A stretch of DNA of 64,000 nt from Podarcis liolepis. Lineage: Eukaryota. Position numbers and translations under genes: made by a program. This document shows positions 36,730 to 49,050 of the stretch, one piece after another. The stretch lies in NCBI GenBank assembly GCA_965112155.1, contig OZ218110.1. The stretch is one strand, 5' to 3'. How positions within the stretch are numbered: the stretch's first letter is position 1; each line of letters starts with the position of its first letter. The notes beneath the pieces are model-generated. The model searched no databases. It was not told the origin of the DNA and worked only from the letters and a program-made list of their open reading frames with translations.

Positions 36730-37068
36730 TTACAGAATAACTGGGCACAGTACTGCAGATAAGGTCTGACCAGTGCAGGATAAAATGATTTTTAAAAAGA
36801 CTTGGAAACTATGGTGCTACTAATGCAGCCTAAAATTGTATTATCTTTTTTTTTTGGCAGCTCCACACTGCTGATCCATGTTCAGCTTGTGATTGATTAT
36901 AATTCTGAGATCTAATCAATTCTTTATTACTATGGTCAATGACCAGATCCTGAGATCCTTTTTGTATGCTGCCAAGCCAGATGTCCCCCATACTATCCTT
37001 GTGCATTTGATTTTTTAAAAATTCGTCTATATTGAATTTCCTTTTGTTAGTTTCAGCCCAGTTTTCCA
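36730..37068 (-). mobile_element. CR1 LINE fragment
   Basis: - strand ENWAETNKRKFN...MHKDSMGDIWLGS; typical CR1 ORF2 post-RT region. Confidence 0.75.
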
Positions 37069-37350
37069 TTGGCACCACACTTTTAAAAAGGATGCAGACA
37101 AACTTGAATAGGTTCAGAAGAGGGCAAAAATTGTACAATGAAAGGTTGAGGGAACTGGGTGTGATTAGCCAGGTGAAGAGAAGACTGAAGGCAGATATGA
37201 GAATAAACTTCAAATCTCTGAAGGGCTCTCTTATAGAACAGGGTACTTATTTTCCGCTGCCCCAGTGGGCAGGACTAGTTCTAATGGGCTTAAATTACAG
37301 ATGGTAGATTTCAGTTAAACATTAGGAGAAACCTCTCAACAATAAGCACT
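37069..37350 (+). mobile_element. CR1 LINE ORF2 C-terminal fragment
   Basis: YNERLRELG...KRRLKADM...FKSLKG peptide and 'cagttaaacattaggagaaacct'. Confidence 0.8.
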
Positions 37351-38289
37351 GATAAATGAAGACTGGGAATCCAAGGGACCTAATGAGACCCTCAAGACTT
37401 TTCTATCTGTTCCTTGGGACTTTTCCTAGGTCACACCTCTTAAAGGCTCTGCTCTGCTGGAGTGTGTTTTCCCTTCAGACCAGTGTGCCTGATAGACTAC
37501 AATATGGATATGCAACAGCTCTGAGAGCTTTAAAGGAGGCAGAGGGACATGATTGGTTTTCTGGCATTACCTGATTCCATGGACCAGGAATGTGTTATTT
37601 GCATCTTGTGTGGAATTGTCTGAAGTTCCTCCCTCTGAACAGCTGTATGGGTGATGCATTCCTGTTCTAATTGGTGCTTGAACGAGTGCTTAATTTCTGA
37701 CTATATGTGATTATTTCTCACAAACACCTGTGAGAAATTCAGGTGAATTCAGTTGTTTTAACTTCTAAGTGCTGAAGACCAGTTGTGAAGTGCTGGCGGA
37801 CAAAACACGTTCTATAAACTAACACTGGACATATCTGGAGAGTGCTTAGTTCAATATGGGCACTTCACATCAGAGTTGTGATTAGACAGTTGGCAGGCAC
37901 AAGTGTCACTGATCATACCTTTTCCTATGGATACAAAAACAATTCAATGGCACATAGATTCCCCCAAGGATTCATACCATGAATGTTATATCTAGTCATA
38001 ACATTAATGTCATAACAGGAGTGTATGGAGTGTTAGGGGAGGGTACTGCTTCTGGTGGGGGACATGTTGTGCTCCTTCTGGGGTAATTTATCCACCTTTG
38101 GTCCCCACCTTGCACTCAGCTCCCACCTGTGGCTCCTAGAAGCTGTCAGCATGTGACAGAGCCAGGGAATGGCTTTGACTAGCCAGCTAAACCAGGTGAG
38201 GGTAGCTGAAGGGACTCAAACCCTCAGTGGTTAGGGACTTTCCCTGCATGCAAAGCCAGGCTCTGGGGAATTGAGTGGATAAGCTGTTA

Positions 38290-39795
38290 CTAGATTTATC
38301 TGCCAGGAGAAGAAACAAGAATAAAGTATAAATTACTGACAAATGCCAAGGAAAGAGGTGGATTCCCCCTACCAGATCTGAGATTATATTATGAGGCGTC
38401 TTATCTTTCCTGGTTAAAGGAATGGATATCGCTGAAAAACAGTTCCATATTAGATCTTGAAAGTCATGATAACAGATTTGGCTGGCATGCCTATTTGTGG
38501 CATGACATAAAGCTTTTCTGAATCACGTTATAAGGAAACCGGTGTATGAAGTATGGGACAAATATAAAAAATTATTGGAACACAAAACACCATGGTGGCT
38601 CTCCCCACTTGAAACAATATTGGTGAAAAAAAGGAACATGAGAAATGATTGGGCAACATATAAAGAATTATTAATAGAAGTAGATCAATATTTAAAATTA
38701 AGGAGGTTCAAAGATATAAGAGAATTAGAAACCGACTGGTTGCAATCAGTGGTGTAGCTAGCTGCTCGGGTGCCTGGTGTGTGTGTGTGGGGGTGTGTGT
38801 CCTGCAGCCAGGGACAACACGATCTGCACCGATGGGGGCAGTGTGACCCACGCCGATGGGGGTGGGGCCAGCCTCTCCGATGCTTGGAGCCTCTCTGCCG
38901 CCTCCCCCTCAGCTGTAGGGCAGCTGAGGGAGAGGCAGTAGGCAGATGCAAGTCCCACGTTGCCGTTTCAGGCAGTGCAGAACCTGCAGGCACCTAAGTC
39001 ACCACGTCACTCCTAAAAAGTTTTGTGAGCCCATTTTTTAAAAAAAACCCTCATTTTGTCAAACCCCCCCCCCAGTGATGACACCCAGGGAGGACCGCAC
39101 CCCCTTCCTCCACCACTGGTTGCAATATCACCAGCTTAATGAAGTGTTTAAGTTGGACAAAAAGAAGGGTTTTCTAAATATACATATATATATATCACAT
39201 GTGGTGGTCATGTAAGATGATAAAAGACTTCTGGGAAATGATATGTAATGAATTGGGGGGGAAATGTTGAAAATAACTTATCCTAAGAAACCAGAAGCTT
39301 TTCTCTTAGGTATTATAGGTCCAGAGATTCCGAAGGACCAGATGAAACTATTCATGTACGTGGCTACAGCTGCCTGGACTCTGTTAGCCCAGAAATGGAA
39401 AGATGGTACAATTCTGACCAAGGAAGTGGCAGATAAAACTGATGAACTATGCTGAGATGGCAAAACTTACAGGAATAATTAGAAACCAGGAAGAGGCGGA
39501 CTTTAATTAAGGATGGGGAAAGTCTACAATCTACTTGAAAAACGATTGTAACACTTTGGTAGGAATTGACACGATTGACACACTTTGGTAGGAATGACAG
39601 AAAACTTGTGGTAAAAATCTGAACTATGGAATGATAGAGGATTTATAAGAATGGATTTATCAAAGAGATGCAGAGGGGGAAATCACAATATTAAGATCGA
39701 CAATGGGGCAGGGAGGGAAGTCAAAGGGGATTTCATGTTTATCTTCTTATTTTGCTTGTATATGTAAAATAGAAAATGCAAAATCTAAATAAATA
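38290..39795 (+). mobile_element. L1-clade LINE 3' fragment, interrupted by a DNA element
   Basis: Peptides KERGGFPLPDLRLYYEAS, GWHAYLW, KTPWWLSPLE, HMWWSC, PEAFLLGI, LAQKWK; ends in an A-rich tail. Confidence 0.85.
38747..39118. mobile_element. Non-autonomous hAT-type element nested in L1, 372 bp
   Basis: TIR CAGTGGTG / CACCACTG; perfect 8-bp TSD GTTGCAAT at 38739-38746 and 39119-39126. Confidence 0.9.
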
Positions 39796-40443
39796 AGAAA
39801 GTAAGTTCAGGCGAGTAGCCTTTTCTCTCTTGGTAAAGGTGGCATACTTCAATTGCCTTTCATAAATCCTCTGCCCACACCTTTAACCACATTCCGGTTT
39901 GCTGCCTTTCTTTCTTTCCATGTGCTTACATTCACTCCTCCTCCTCCTAGGCTGGTTCTTTACGTATTCAAACGCTTCTTCCCATAAATCACAATTAGTA
40001 TGAATTATTAAATCTACACAACATGCACAACCATCCCATATTACTCCTTTGCTATTAATATAATCAGAACGCTGCAAAACTCCCACAAGGAACTTCATGG
40101 GATAGAGGCAAAAAAAGTGTGCAGTTAATTTCCAGGAGGAGGCAGGACAATTTGGGGATGAACACTGGAAGCAGAGATATCTTGTAATAAGGTAAGCCTT
40201 CCTCAGATGCCTGGTTTTGGCAGCTCCCATTCATTTCAATCAGGCATGTACAGGACAGCTTCCCAACGGGTTATGCCCTTGTTTATTATGAGTGCAAGGG
40301 CATGCCAGTTAGATTTTCCACATCAGGCATCAAAAGATGGTGGACTCACTCATGGAAGGAAGAGAAAGAGTGCACAATAATGTCTGACTTTGATTGTTTT
40401 CTTAAGTTATCAAAAGCTCCCCCTCTCTTTAGGTACCTAAATA

Positions 40444-40613
40444 AAAGTAAAAGGACCCCTGACCGTTAGGTCCAGTCGCGGACGACTCTGGGGTTGCGGT
40501 GCTCATCTCGCTTTACTGGTACAGCTTCTGGGTCATGTGGCCAGCATGACTAAGCCGCTTCTGGCGAACCAGAGCAGCGCACAGAAATGCCGTTTACGCC
40601 ACCCATGTCCCTA
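40444..40613 (-). mobile_element. Sauria SINE 3' fragment (lacertid-like)
   Basis: 'ggacccctgaccgttaggtccagtcgcggacgactctggggttgcggtgctcatctcgc...gtcatgtggccagcatgactaagccgcttctggcgaaccagagcagcgc'; 11-bp TSD gtacctaaata. Confidence 0.88.
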
Positions 40614-41890
40614 GTACCTAAATACGGGTACCCTAATGCCTCAATATGCTCTTGATAGGGGCTTGTGGCACTTAGTTGTAATCTCAGAGGTGAGAGAGGT
40701 GAGATACACCAATGCAAGAGGAATTGTATTTCGTAGGGAATGCATCCTAATGTTGAGGGGGAAATTTAACATAATAAAATTTAAGACTTAAATCTTGATG
40801 TGATGGCCTGGGATTCCGATTCTGAGAGTGAACCGGAGTTCATCAAGCACACTTGATGAACTTTAAGGTAAAAAAGTTTGGTATCAACTTGTCAATTTTA
40901 CCACTTTTTTACCAACTTGTTCGGCTTTTCACAAAATTCCTTAAAGCCAACAGCATCAACAAATAAAATAAAAATTAAAAAAATCATTTGTTTTTGTAAC
41001 GATGCTTCAATTAAGAGAATTCTGCTCCCCTACCAAAGTGTAAAAGTGCTAGTATATTTGCCTTTGTTTCCTGCAGACAAGTGCATTATTTAAAAACAAG
41101 GCGGTCCCCCTGCCCTTTTTCCATTTCCTTGAACTTCTATTTGGAGGAAGAATCTTGTGCAACTGAAATAAAGTTGTATGCTGAATTGCGATCGGTGGTT
41201 TGTCCTAGCACTTTGTATTATTTTACTTACCTTGGGAATTTAAAAAAAATAACAATGGGTGTCCAGCTTAGATGCCCCCTTGTTTTTTATTATGTTGAAG
41301 ACAGTGTGCACCCCCATATCTAAGCTGGCGGGGTTGGGGTGCTCCTGATATAAGATCTCCCCCCCTTGCTTTGGGAGAGTGACAGACTTGATGACCTTCT
41401 GGTCCTTCCCAGTTAAACGAATTCCATGATTACATATTAGTTCTTCTTATGTTTGCAAAGTGCTTTACAATCCTAATACCATTTATCCTCCACCCACCCC
41501 ATTAAAAAAAAAGAAAAGGAAAGCATCCAAGTTCAGAGACAATAGCTTGGTTACAGCATTTCTCACCCTCTTCCTCCCCCTTCCACAATCACCCCAAGCC
41601 AATGGGATCGCAAAAATCACGTGGTGCTGCCATATTAATATTTATTCCATAAAAGCGTGGCGGCTCCTTACCACTCCGCTGCGCCGCTCTGACCGCAGTG
41701 CCAACCCTCAGGCACCGCAACACAATTTGGAAACAATGTGACGGAAATGTTTAATCTGTGCAGCCCATCTGTGCTGCGTATTTCTCCACATCTCCCCGAG
41801 AGAGGCGCCTTTGAATCTCCACACTGCCTTTAATATTCTCCTAAATCATTCCCCCCACTGCACTTCAAGGGCCATTGCTACAGTTTCACA

Positions 41891-41907
41891 GGTTCATCGA
41901 AAGTGCA
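41891..41907 (+). promoter_or_regulatory. DR5 retinoic-acid response element-like site GGTTCA tcgaa AGTGCA
   Basis: 15/17 identical to the RARb2/Hoxa1-3' DR5 GGTTCAccgaaAGTTCA; sits at the end of a repeat-free CNE-like block. Confidence 0.55.
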
Positions 41908-42498
41908 CCAGGGAGGGAGGGGGGATGTTCCAGGGGGTGTGTGTGGAGGGAAGGGGGGGGGAGAAGCAGGGGTAACAGGGCATTTGTTACTTGAGATTTT
42001 TTTATTTCATTTTATACTAATTTCCAGGGATTACTCTTGCTCGTGCCCTTTGCAAAGAGGCAGGGGGTGGGGGGAAACACACCCCAAATAAAGACATCAG
42101 GCAGCTGGCATGAGTAAGGTTGCTTTTAAAGAAAGCTGGTTGAGACAGAGGGAAACATTATTCCCTAAGAGTCCAGCTCTAATCAGCTTTCCAATTTCAG
42201 GCCATGGGGCAACTGTCTGTCCTATGAGCTTCAATGGGGATGCCTATGATGAACTGATTTGGCAGGTCCCATTAAGTATATGAAGAAAATCACTTTGTTT
42301 GTCATTCTGAGATTTGGAGATCCGTGGCCCCATAGCTGTCTAGGGCAGCCACTACTGGAGTAACTTGCTCATGTAAGCCACCAGACCAATACAAGCCTCA
42401 TAGGCGCCCATGTGCCAAACCAGCACAGAGGTCTGCTACACTGGGTATGCATAGGCCGATTGTTTAGGACACAACAGCATTTGTCCAGCAGCACAGTA

Positions 42499-42734
42499 CA
42501 GTGGCACCTTGGTTTACGAACTTACGGTAATCCGTTCCAGAAGTCTGTTCTTAAGCCAAAGTGTTCTTAAACAGGCGTGCTTTCCCATAGCAGCGGGGGA
42601 CTCAACTTACAAATGGAACACACTCAACAGGAAATGAAACATGTTCTTATTCCAAGGCAAAGTTCACAAACCAAAACACCTACTTCTGGGTTTGCAGCGT
42701 TCTTAATCCAAGTTCTTAAACCAAGGTACCACTG
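42499..42734. mobile_element. Tc1/mariner MITE, related subfamily, 236 bp
   Basis: TA TSD, TIR CAGTGGCACCTTGGTTTA / TAAACCAAGGTACCACTG. Confidence 0.88.
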
Positions 42735-45511
42735 TAATGCATGTGTGATCTCCTGCATCATTTTACAGTGAGGCTCAGAGCTTGCACACTGTCTACTTTT
42801 CAACCTCAGATCCAGTAGAACATCCACAGTCACCTGCTATTCCATACTTCCATGAACTGGGTTACTAAAGTACAAAAGCAGCTGGTTGGTGTGTCACCTT
42901 AGATCTGCTGCGCATGCCACTTAGATGGTCCTGGTTGCTGCCACCTCTGTGGTTGCTCCCATGCCACATCAGGAGTATTTAGAGCTTCTCATCTGATTAG
43001 GATTTCTTTGTGTGTTTATACAACACACCAGATAGGAGTGCTCTCCAGAATAAAACACAGATCAAAATGCAGCTATTATTCAGTTTTGGCACTTCTCTGA
43101 ATTTTGTAAGGTAGTTTTTGGCTCAAAAAACCCCCTAACACAATGCATATAGAAAAATGCATATTGCAGTTAAAAGTCTGTACAAAAATGCATGTGTTAG
43201 GGTGGAATTCACACAATAATATACATTATGCAGTAAAATGCATATAAAAATGTGTTTAAAATAATGCAAATTTTCATGCATTTAAAAAAACACCAGCTGA
43301 TTGATGCAGAATAGTTATGTATTGACATACTAAATTGATATGGACTGGAAATATGCTGAACGGCATTTCCTACAACCCAGTAACAAACTTCAGTAAAAAG
43401 ATGGATTTCCTCCACCTTTCAGAGACATGAGTATGGTCATGGAAAAAAGCAGAGAACATGTATGTACAATGTGGGCACTTCCTGTGTATCTCTTTGGCAT
43501 ATGCAGGAAAAAATCAAGATGACTTTCAGAAATCATGCTGAAATTCACAGACTAGACAGAACAATCTTTTAGGGTGCAGGCCAGTATATTTTTAGTCCAT
43601 TGCGAGGATGTGAACTCTTGAGTGGGAATTTTTAATGGACCAATCTTGTGGAAGTTATCCAGTCTCCTAACAAGAGTGGAAAAGCAGTAAGTTTTATTTG
43701 TCTTGCTTTCAGTGGATGCATATTTATTTCTAGACCAAGGGAATGGTCAAATCCAATAAAGCCCCAACTCTCAAGCCACATGGATCTGGGCCTGGGCAGT
43801 AACTAGGTGGAAGACCGTGCGGGATTCCTTCCTACGCTACTCTGAACTCCTTGGAGGAAATGTGGACCCCAAGTGATAATAAAAATAATAAATTTCTATA
43901 TATAACTGCCCTCACCTAACCTTTAGAAGCAGAGAATATTGCAACATATAAAGTGTAGACATAATAATATTATATTAAATTATAGCTTTGGAAGTAGTAT
44001 TGTATAATATATCTATAAAAGCACACCTTTGAAATGTACTGCTAAAATAAACCTTACTAATTTTTTGCCCAACTTTCATTACTGTCAGAGGTTGCACAGG
44101 CTTTGGTGAATTTGGTGTAGTATTTAGCTGAAAGTTTTACTGATGGGAATGAATGTATATATAGAGAGAGCGCTAGTCCAAATTTCAGCTTCCCAGATTA
44201 TAAAATTTGGATTTGCATTTTTGCTTCTGTGGTGAGACGCTAAATAGTTTTGACATCCTGAAATCCAGATTTCATCCACGAGATGCTGTCTGCTGTCTTT
44301 ATAAGTCTTGCTTGGTTGGAATCAATTTTTCTAAGCTCAAGTTCAAATTGGACAGTTTCTCATTGCTTGAAGTTGTCTGCACTTTCAGTTTCTACCAATA
44401 TCTGTGTCAGAGCTGATCAAAAAGTATGTGCGCAGCAACCCAGAATTAGACAAAATATGAATCTATGAGCAGCCATGCACCTCAAAACTCCTGTGGTGTC
44501 CAGGATGCCCTTGATTTGAACATAAAATTTAGCTTGTCCTTTGCAATCTTCCTATTTTTACTAGGTGCTCACTTTCAGCTGGATTTTGCCCACACCTATA
44601 TCTGATGGCTGCTGAGAAACACTGTAGAAACTATTAAACACTGCAAGACGTGGCTACCCTCTTCTTTTAGGGAAGTGCACATTTGTTAGGAAGTACTCAT
44701 TTCCCTGGAACATTCCTGCTGTATAGCGTGACCATCCTGAGGTTCTCAACGCCCGATAGAATAGACACTCCTACAAACTCCAAACATTAGGACTCCCCAA
44801 TCCCACACCAAGACCCACAACGTCCCACAAAACCACTGCTAATTTATGTCACATTGTCTGTGTAATGCATTGTATTCCTTATTTAACAATCTGTACTTGA
44901 CATGGAGGATCAGATGCACCCATTTCCTTGTTGAATTTATGTGTTTCTCTCTTTCTCATTCATACACATACATCCATACACTTAACCATCCCTGCCTTGC
45001 CATTCATGGGCCATTCAGGTGGAGAATTGTGGAGGTACTATGAGCAATATAGCTTTTATTAACGGCAGTGCTGCTCCCAGGTTTGTGTGGGCATGAGGCT
45101 TTCCTCACCTTGAGCTAAAGCTTTCTGCACCTATCCCTCCCTCCTGCAAGCTTTAATCCAGTCCCCACTGCCCTCCTGCACACCAGCAGGGCAGCAAGGA
45201 TTCGGATTCAGAATTGTGCCCTGCCCGAGTCTCTTCTTGAAGATACGTTCAAATATCCATGAGAATCCCAGGCAGCTGCCTGATCTCGGTAGATACTGGT
45301 ACAGGCTAAGACAACTTGCTTTCCTGCTTTTGGGGTGGTGGTGAGGTCCCGGGGGCGGGAGGGGGGGAGCATGCTGGGGTAAATGTACTTTGAGAGCTTT
45401 GATCCCTCATTTCGAAATCCAATGGGGTCAAAAAAGGTACATTGTATACCTTCAAAAGGAACGAATGAATCATGGTAAGAGCTGTGATTGTTTCAGCAAA
45501 CCCTGTTCATG

Positions 45512-45543
<32 letters not shown>

Positions 45544-45730
45544 TTGAGGGAAGGAGGAGGGGAGCTGGACGCATTCTGGTTTGCCAAGATTTTCAGGCCG
45601 GTGCTGTTCGTTACATCATCTGTTCAACAGAGGTGTTGCTATAGCAGCTGCTTATAGCTTCATTTCCTGGATACCCCCCCAGGGGGGTGTCACAGCCGGA
45701 TCCACCTGCTCTTTTACCCTACCCTCGGCG

Positions 45731-45747
45731 GGGTCATCTTAAGGTCG
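45731..45747 (+). promoter_or_regulatory. DR5 RARE-like site GGGTCA tctta AGGTCG
   Basis: One mismatch from RGKTCA-N5-RGKTCA, at the start of a CpG-retaining CNE-like block. Confidence 0.4.
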
Positions 45748-48700
45748 CCAAAATAAATGAACGCCGTTGCTAATGATCTGTTTGCTGGCTGTTTATGCTC
45801 CGCGAGTGTCAGGGGCGCTCACATTTAGTAAACTCATTATGGGTCCAATTAGACTTCACCATTGCTAGATATTTAACTCTTTTTTTCCTTTTAAATTAGC
45901 ATTTTAATAACATTCTATCCAGCAAGGATTGGGGTGGGGGGTGGGGATGGAGAACAAAATGACCATTTTTCACGGACAAAAACTTCTTTAGCCGTAGGTG
46001 GAACTTTAATAGCAGATCTGTGAGGGCGGCAAAAGGGAGCAGGTCCACCTTCCATTCACCCCCACCCCCATGCCAGAGAGGAAACGATAGAAGGGGAAAG
46101 GGGGGTGGGGGAGATAAAGGAAACATTTCTATTTGCTTTATCACACACTCAATTTCCTAAATTTGTTCAGCAGCCAATTATTTTCAGCGTTAACGTCTTG
46201 AGCCGCTCGCATCTGATGAAAATGAGCAGCCATCAGAGTTAAACTTTGGAAGTGACCTGTGAAGGGGTTTGGAATAATTACGTAAAGGAGTCAATTTATT
46301 TCAGATTCCCCTGGCTGGAAGAACAATCCAGAGGAAAGAGGAAAAGTAAGAAGGGGGGGGGGGGGGAGAGAGAGATTAAAAGAAACAAGTGCTGATTAGA
46401 TGATTAGAATTATCAAAATATCTCTTGACTGGAACCCCCCTGGAGGGCCACTTCTCTTAAAAAGGTCACTCCAATTATTCTAGTGGTTTTTTCCCATTCC
46501 GTTAGATGACTGTGCGGAGAAATTCTTCCGCCCTCCCCGCCCTCAGCAACCTGTAATGACCAATTCTGCAATAGAAAGGGTGATGGAAAGCGGAAAACGA
46601 GTCATCGCATGCACTAGTTTTTACCAAGGAGCAGTGGCTGGTTTAAAGAAATAAGAATGGCTTTACTTTGGTCCATTTGCAGCACAGCCTTGCTTGTTGT
46701 CAATGGAGTTTACTCACATCCTAGGTAAGTATTCATAGGATTGCAGCCTTAGTCCAGCACCCTCTCTAAAAGTTGCGTTAGAGGCCCCTGAAAAATCCCC
46801 AAGCAGGGCACAATGGAGAGAGCCGTTCTGTTTGGCCCTGGCATCTGGTAGACAGTGATATAGCATCTTTGAACAAGGAGGCTCTCTTTCAAGCTATCAC
46901 AGCTACTAGCCATTGTTAGATCTTCTCATAGGCATCTGGCTGGCCACTGTGGGAACAGCAAGCTGGACTTTGAGCTGATTCATCTTATCTGTTTACTAAG
47001 AATGTGTTCTGATTATTTTAAAAGGCCATTTACTTTCCATGAAATCAAGCGGTTCATGATTTTGTGAGCTTATGTCATGCCCTCCCTCCCCTGTTCTTCG
47101 CATGCTTAAAGGCCCCAATTATTTAAGCTTTTCTTCATGAGTGGGTGGGCTGATACACCACTCTTCATCAACCCAGATTCTCTGCCACACTTGCTCATAT
47201 CCATATTAAGGTCAGGCATGCATCTTAAAAATGTCATCTGCACCAGCCTTACGAATATTAACTTTGGGACTGTGAATGAAGCCTGTTCTCAAGATCCAAA
47301 TCCATTCTGGCACCTGCAGTAAATGCTGAATCCCAGGCTAGTTAGAAGTGTCGTGTGTGGAGCCTGCTTTGTGATGGCTAAGGTCACTTGCAGAGATCTG
47401 CACGCACCAGGTTTTTGCACCCTGCTTCAAACAGCTGAAGAAGCATGCCCCAAAGCGGGTATGCATAATAAAAACAAAACAGTGCATTTCTATAGGTGCT
47501 TTCCCTGACTATTCAAAGCACATTGTGTACTGCACATGATCTCAGTCCTGGTCTACACATGCAACAGAATGAGATGGTATATGTCATCTGTAAATGTGCT
47601 ACTGCACTCATGTCCTCCTGGTGGGCTTCTCATAGGCATCTATGGGAACAAAATGCTGGGCAAGATGGCCCTTTATCCTGATCCAGCAGGGCTCTTCATA
47701 AATTCTTATTGAATGTTTGCTCCCAAAGGAGAAAGATTCTCGCCTCAGCCACCTGCTAAACTCTTTTCCTACTTGTAGTGTGTTGTGTGTATATATATAT
47801 GTATACGCTTGTGTATGCATGTGTTTGGAGGGGAATATTAAAAAATGCTCCCCATTTCATTCTGTTGCCATGTCTAGAACTGGTCTCGGTTATCCTGACA
47901 ACAGTCCCATCACCTAGGTTCAGTATTATTTCCATATTATAGATAAGAGATTGTTGTCAATATGGTGTGAGAACTGCTAAGGAATAGCTTCCAGGTGGTC
48001 AAGCTTTATATCACATGAGAAGCTCCAAAAGTATGGAAGGCCCAGATCCTGTGGTCATGTCTCGTCCCTGCACTGCACTATCCTCGGAGCCACTGACACT
48101 GGCATAGGAAGTCACCATGAGACCTGGCAGGTCCATGCAATTGGAGTTTCTGTACATTACTAATTTAGCATGAAATGTGACTAACCACTGGGAAGCATTT
48201 TCTTTGAGATGACCATGCTGCATCAGCATCTAGCTGGGTAGCTACGCTAGTAGGTTGTAGCGAAAATGAATACAGTGGCACAAGCCTCTTTGGAACAGTA
48301 CTAAGTTCATTCAGTAACATATAAATACATACTGAAAAAGAATGTGCTGCTAAAGGCTACTAGGGCTTCCAGTTTGCAACTCACACACTTAAGACACTAC
48401 ACTTAGCAGCCTACCCGAATTACAAACACGTTGACAAGCTTCACATAACTGCTCCACCATGTAAGCTCTGTGTTTAGAAGCTTATGCTTTCAGCAGCTAG
48501 CATGACCCAAGTCCAACACAAGTCCTGGGATGGTGAAAAATAATATCAGAATCCACAATGAAATTCAAACCCATACTTCACCCAAGTATTTTACTGCTTT
48601 CTGTAATTCTACATTGGCTGGAATCTATAACTGCATTATCTTCTACATTTAGAAATGGTCTTCCTATGGAAGAAGAAGATAGATTTGTAGGGCAATGGAG

Positions 48701-48937
48701 TTTGGAAACATCCTCATTTTGTTCAGTACAAATATATCTCCAAGGTTGAGCTTGTGGGGCTGGGGGAGGTCTGCTTGCAGAAAAAGGCATGAATGAATGG
48801 TGTAAATTGGGTAATGCCTGCAATGTCACCAATACATCTTTTGTGAGGAAAATAAATATATATGTGCTTTATAAAACTAAAGCAGTAAGCCCACCTGAAG
48901 TATGAGAGAAAGGTGAAAAATAGGTAGGTGACCCAAG

Positions 48938-49050
48938 GCGGGATTCAACTAAGTTTTACTCAGAGTAGAAACATTGTAATTAATGGACCCGACTTGTCCC
49001 ATTGAGTTTAGTGGGTCTGTTCTGAGTAAAATATAGTTGAATGCCACCCC
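48938..49050. mobile_element. Short hairpin-forming (MITE-like) repeat
   Basis: Arms 'gattcaactaagttttactcagagtaga' and 'tctgttctgagtaaaatatagttgaat' are imperfect inverted repeats. Confidence 0.6.

Noticed and set aside
47860-47930. 'WDC' on the - strand as the preceding SKAP1 exon
   Set aside because: In-frame stops, and no YYQGL or ELSF motifs
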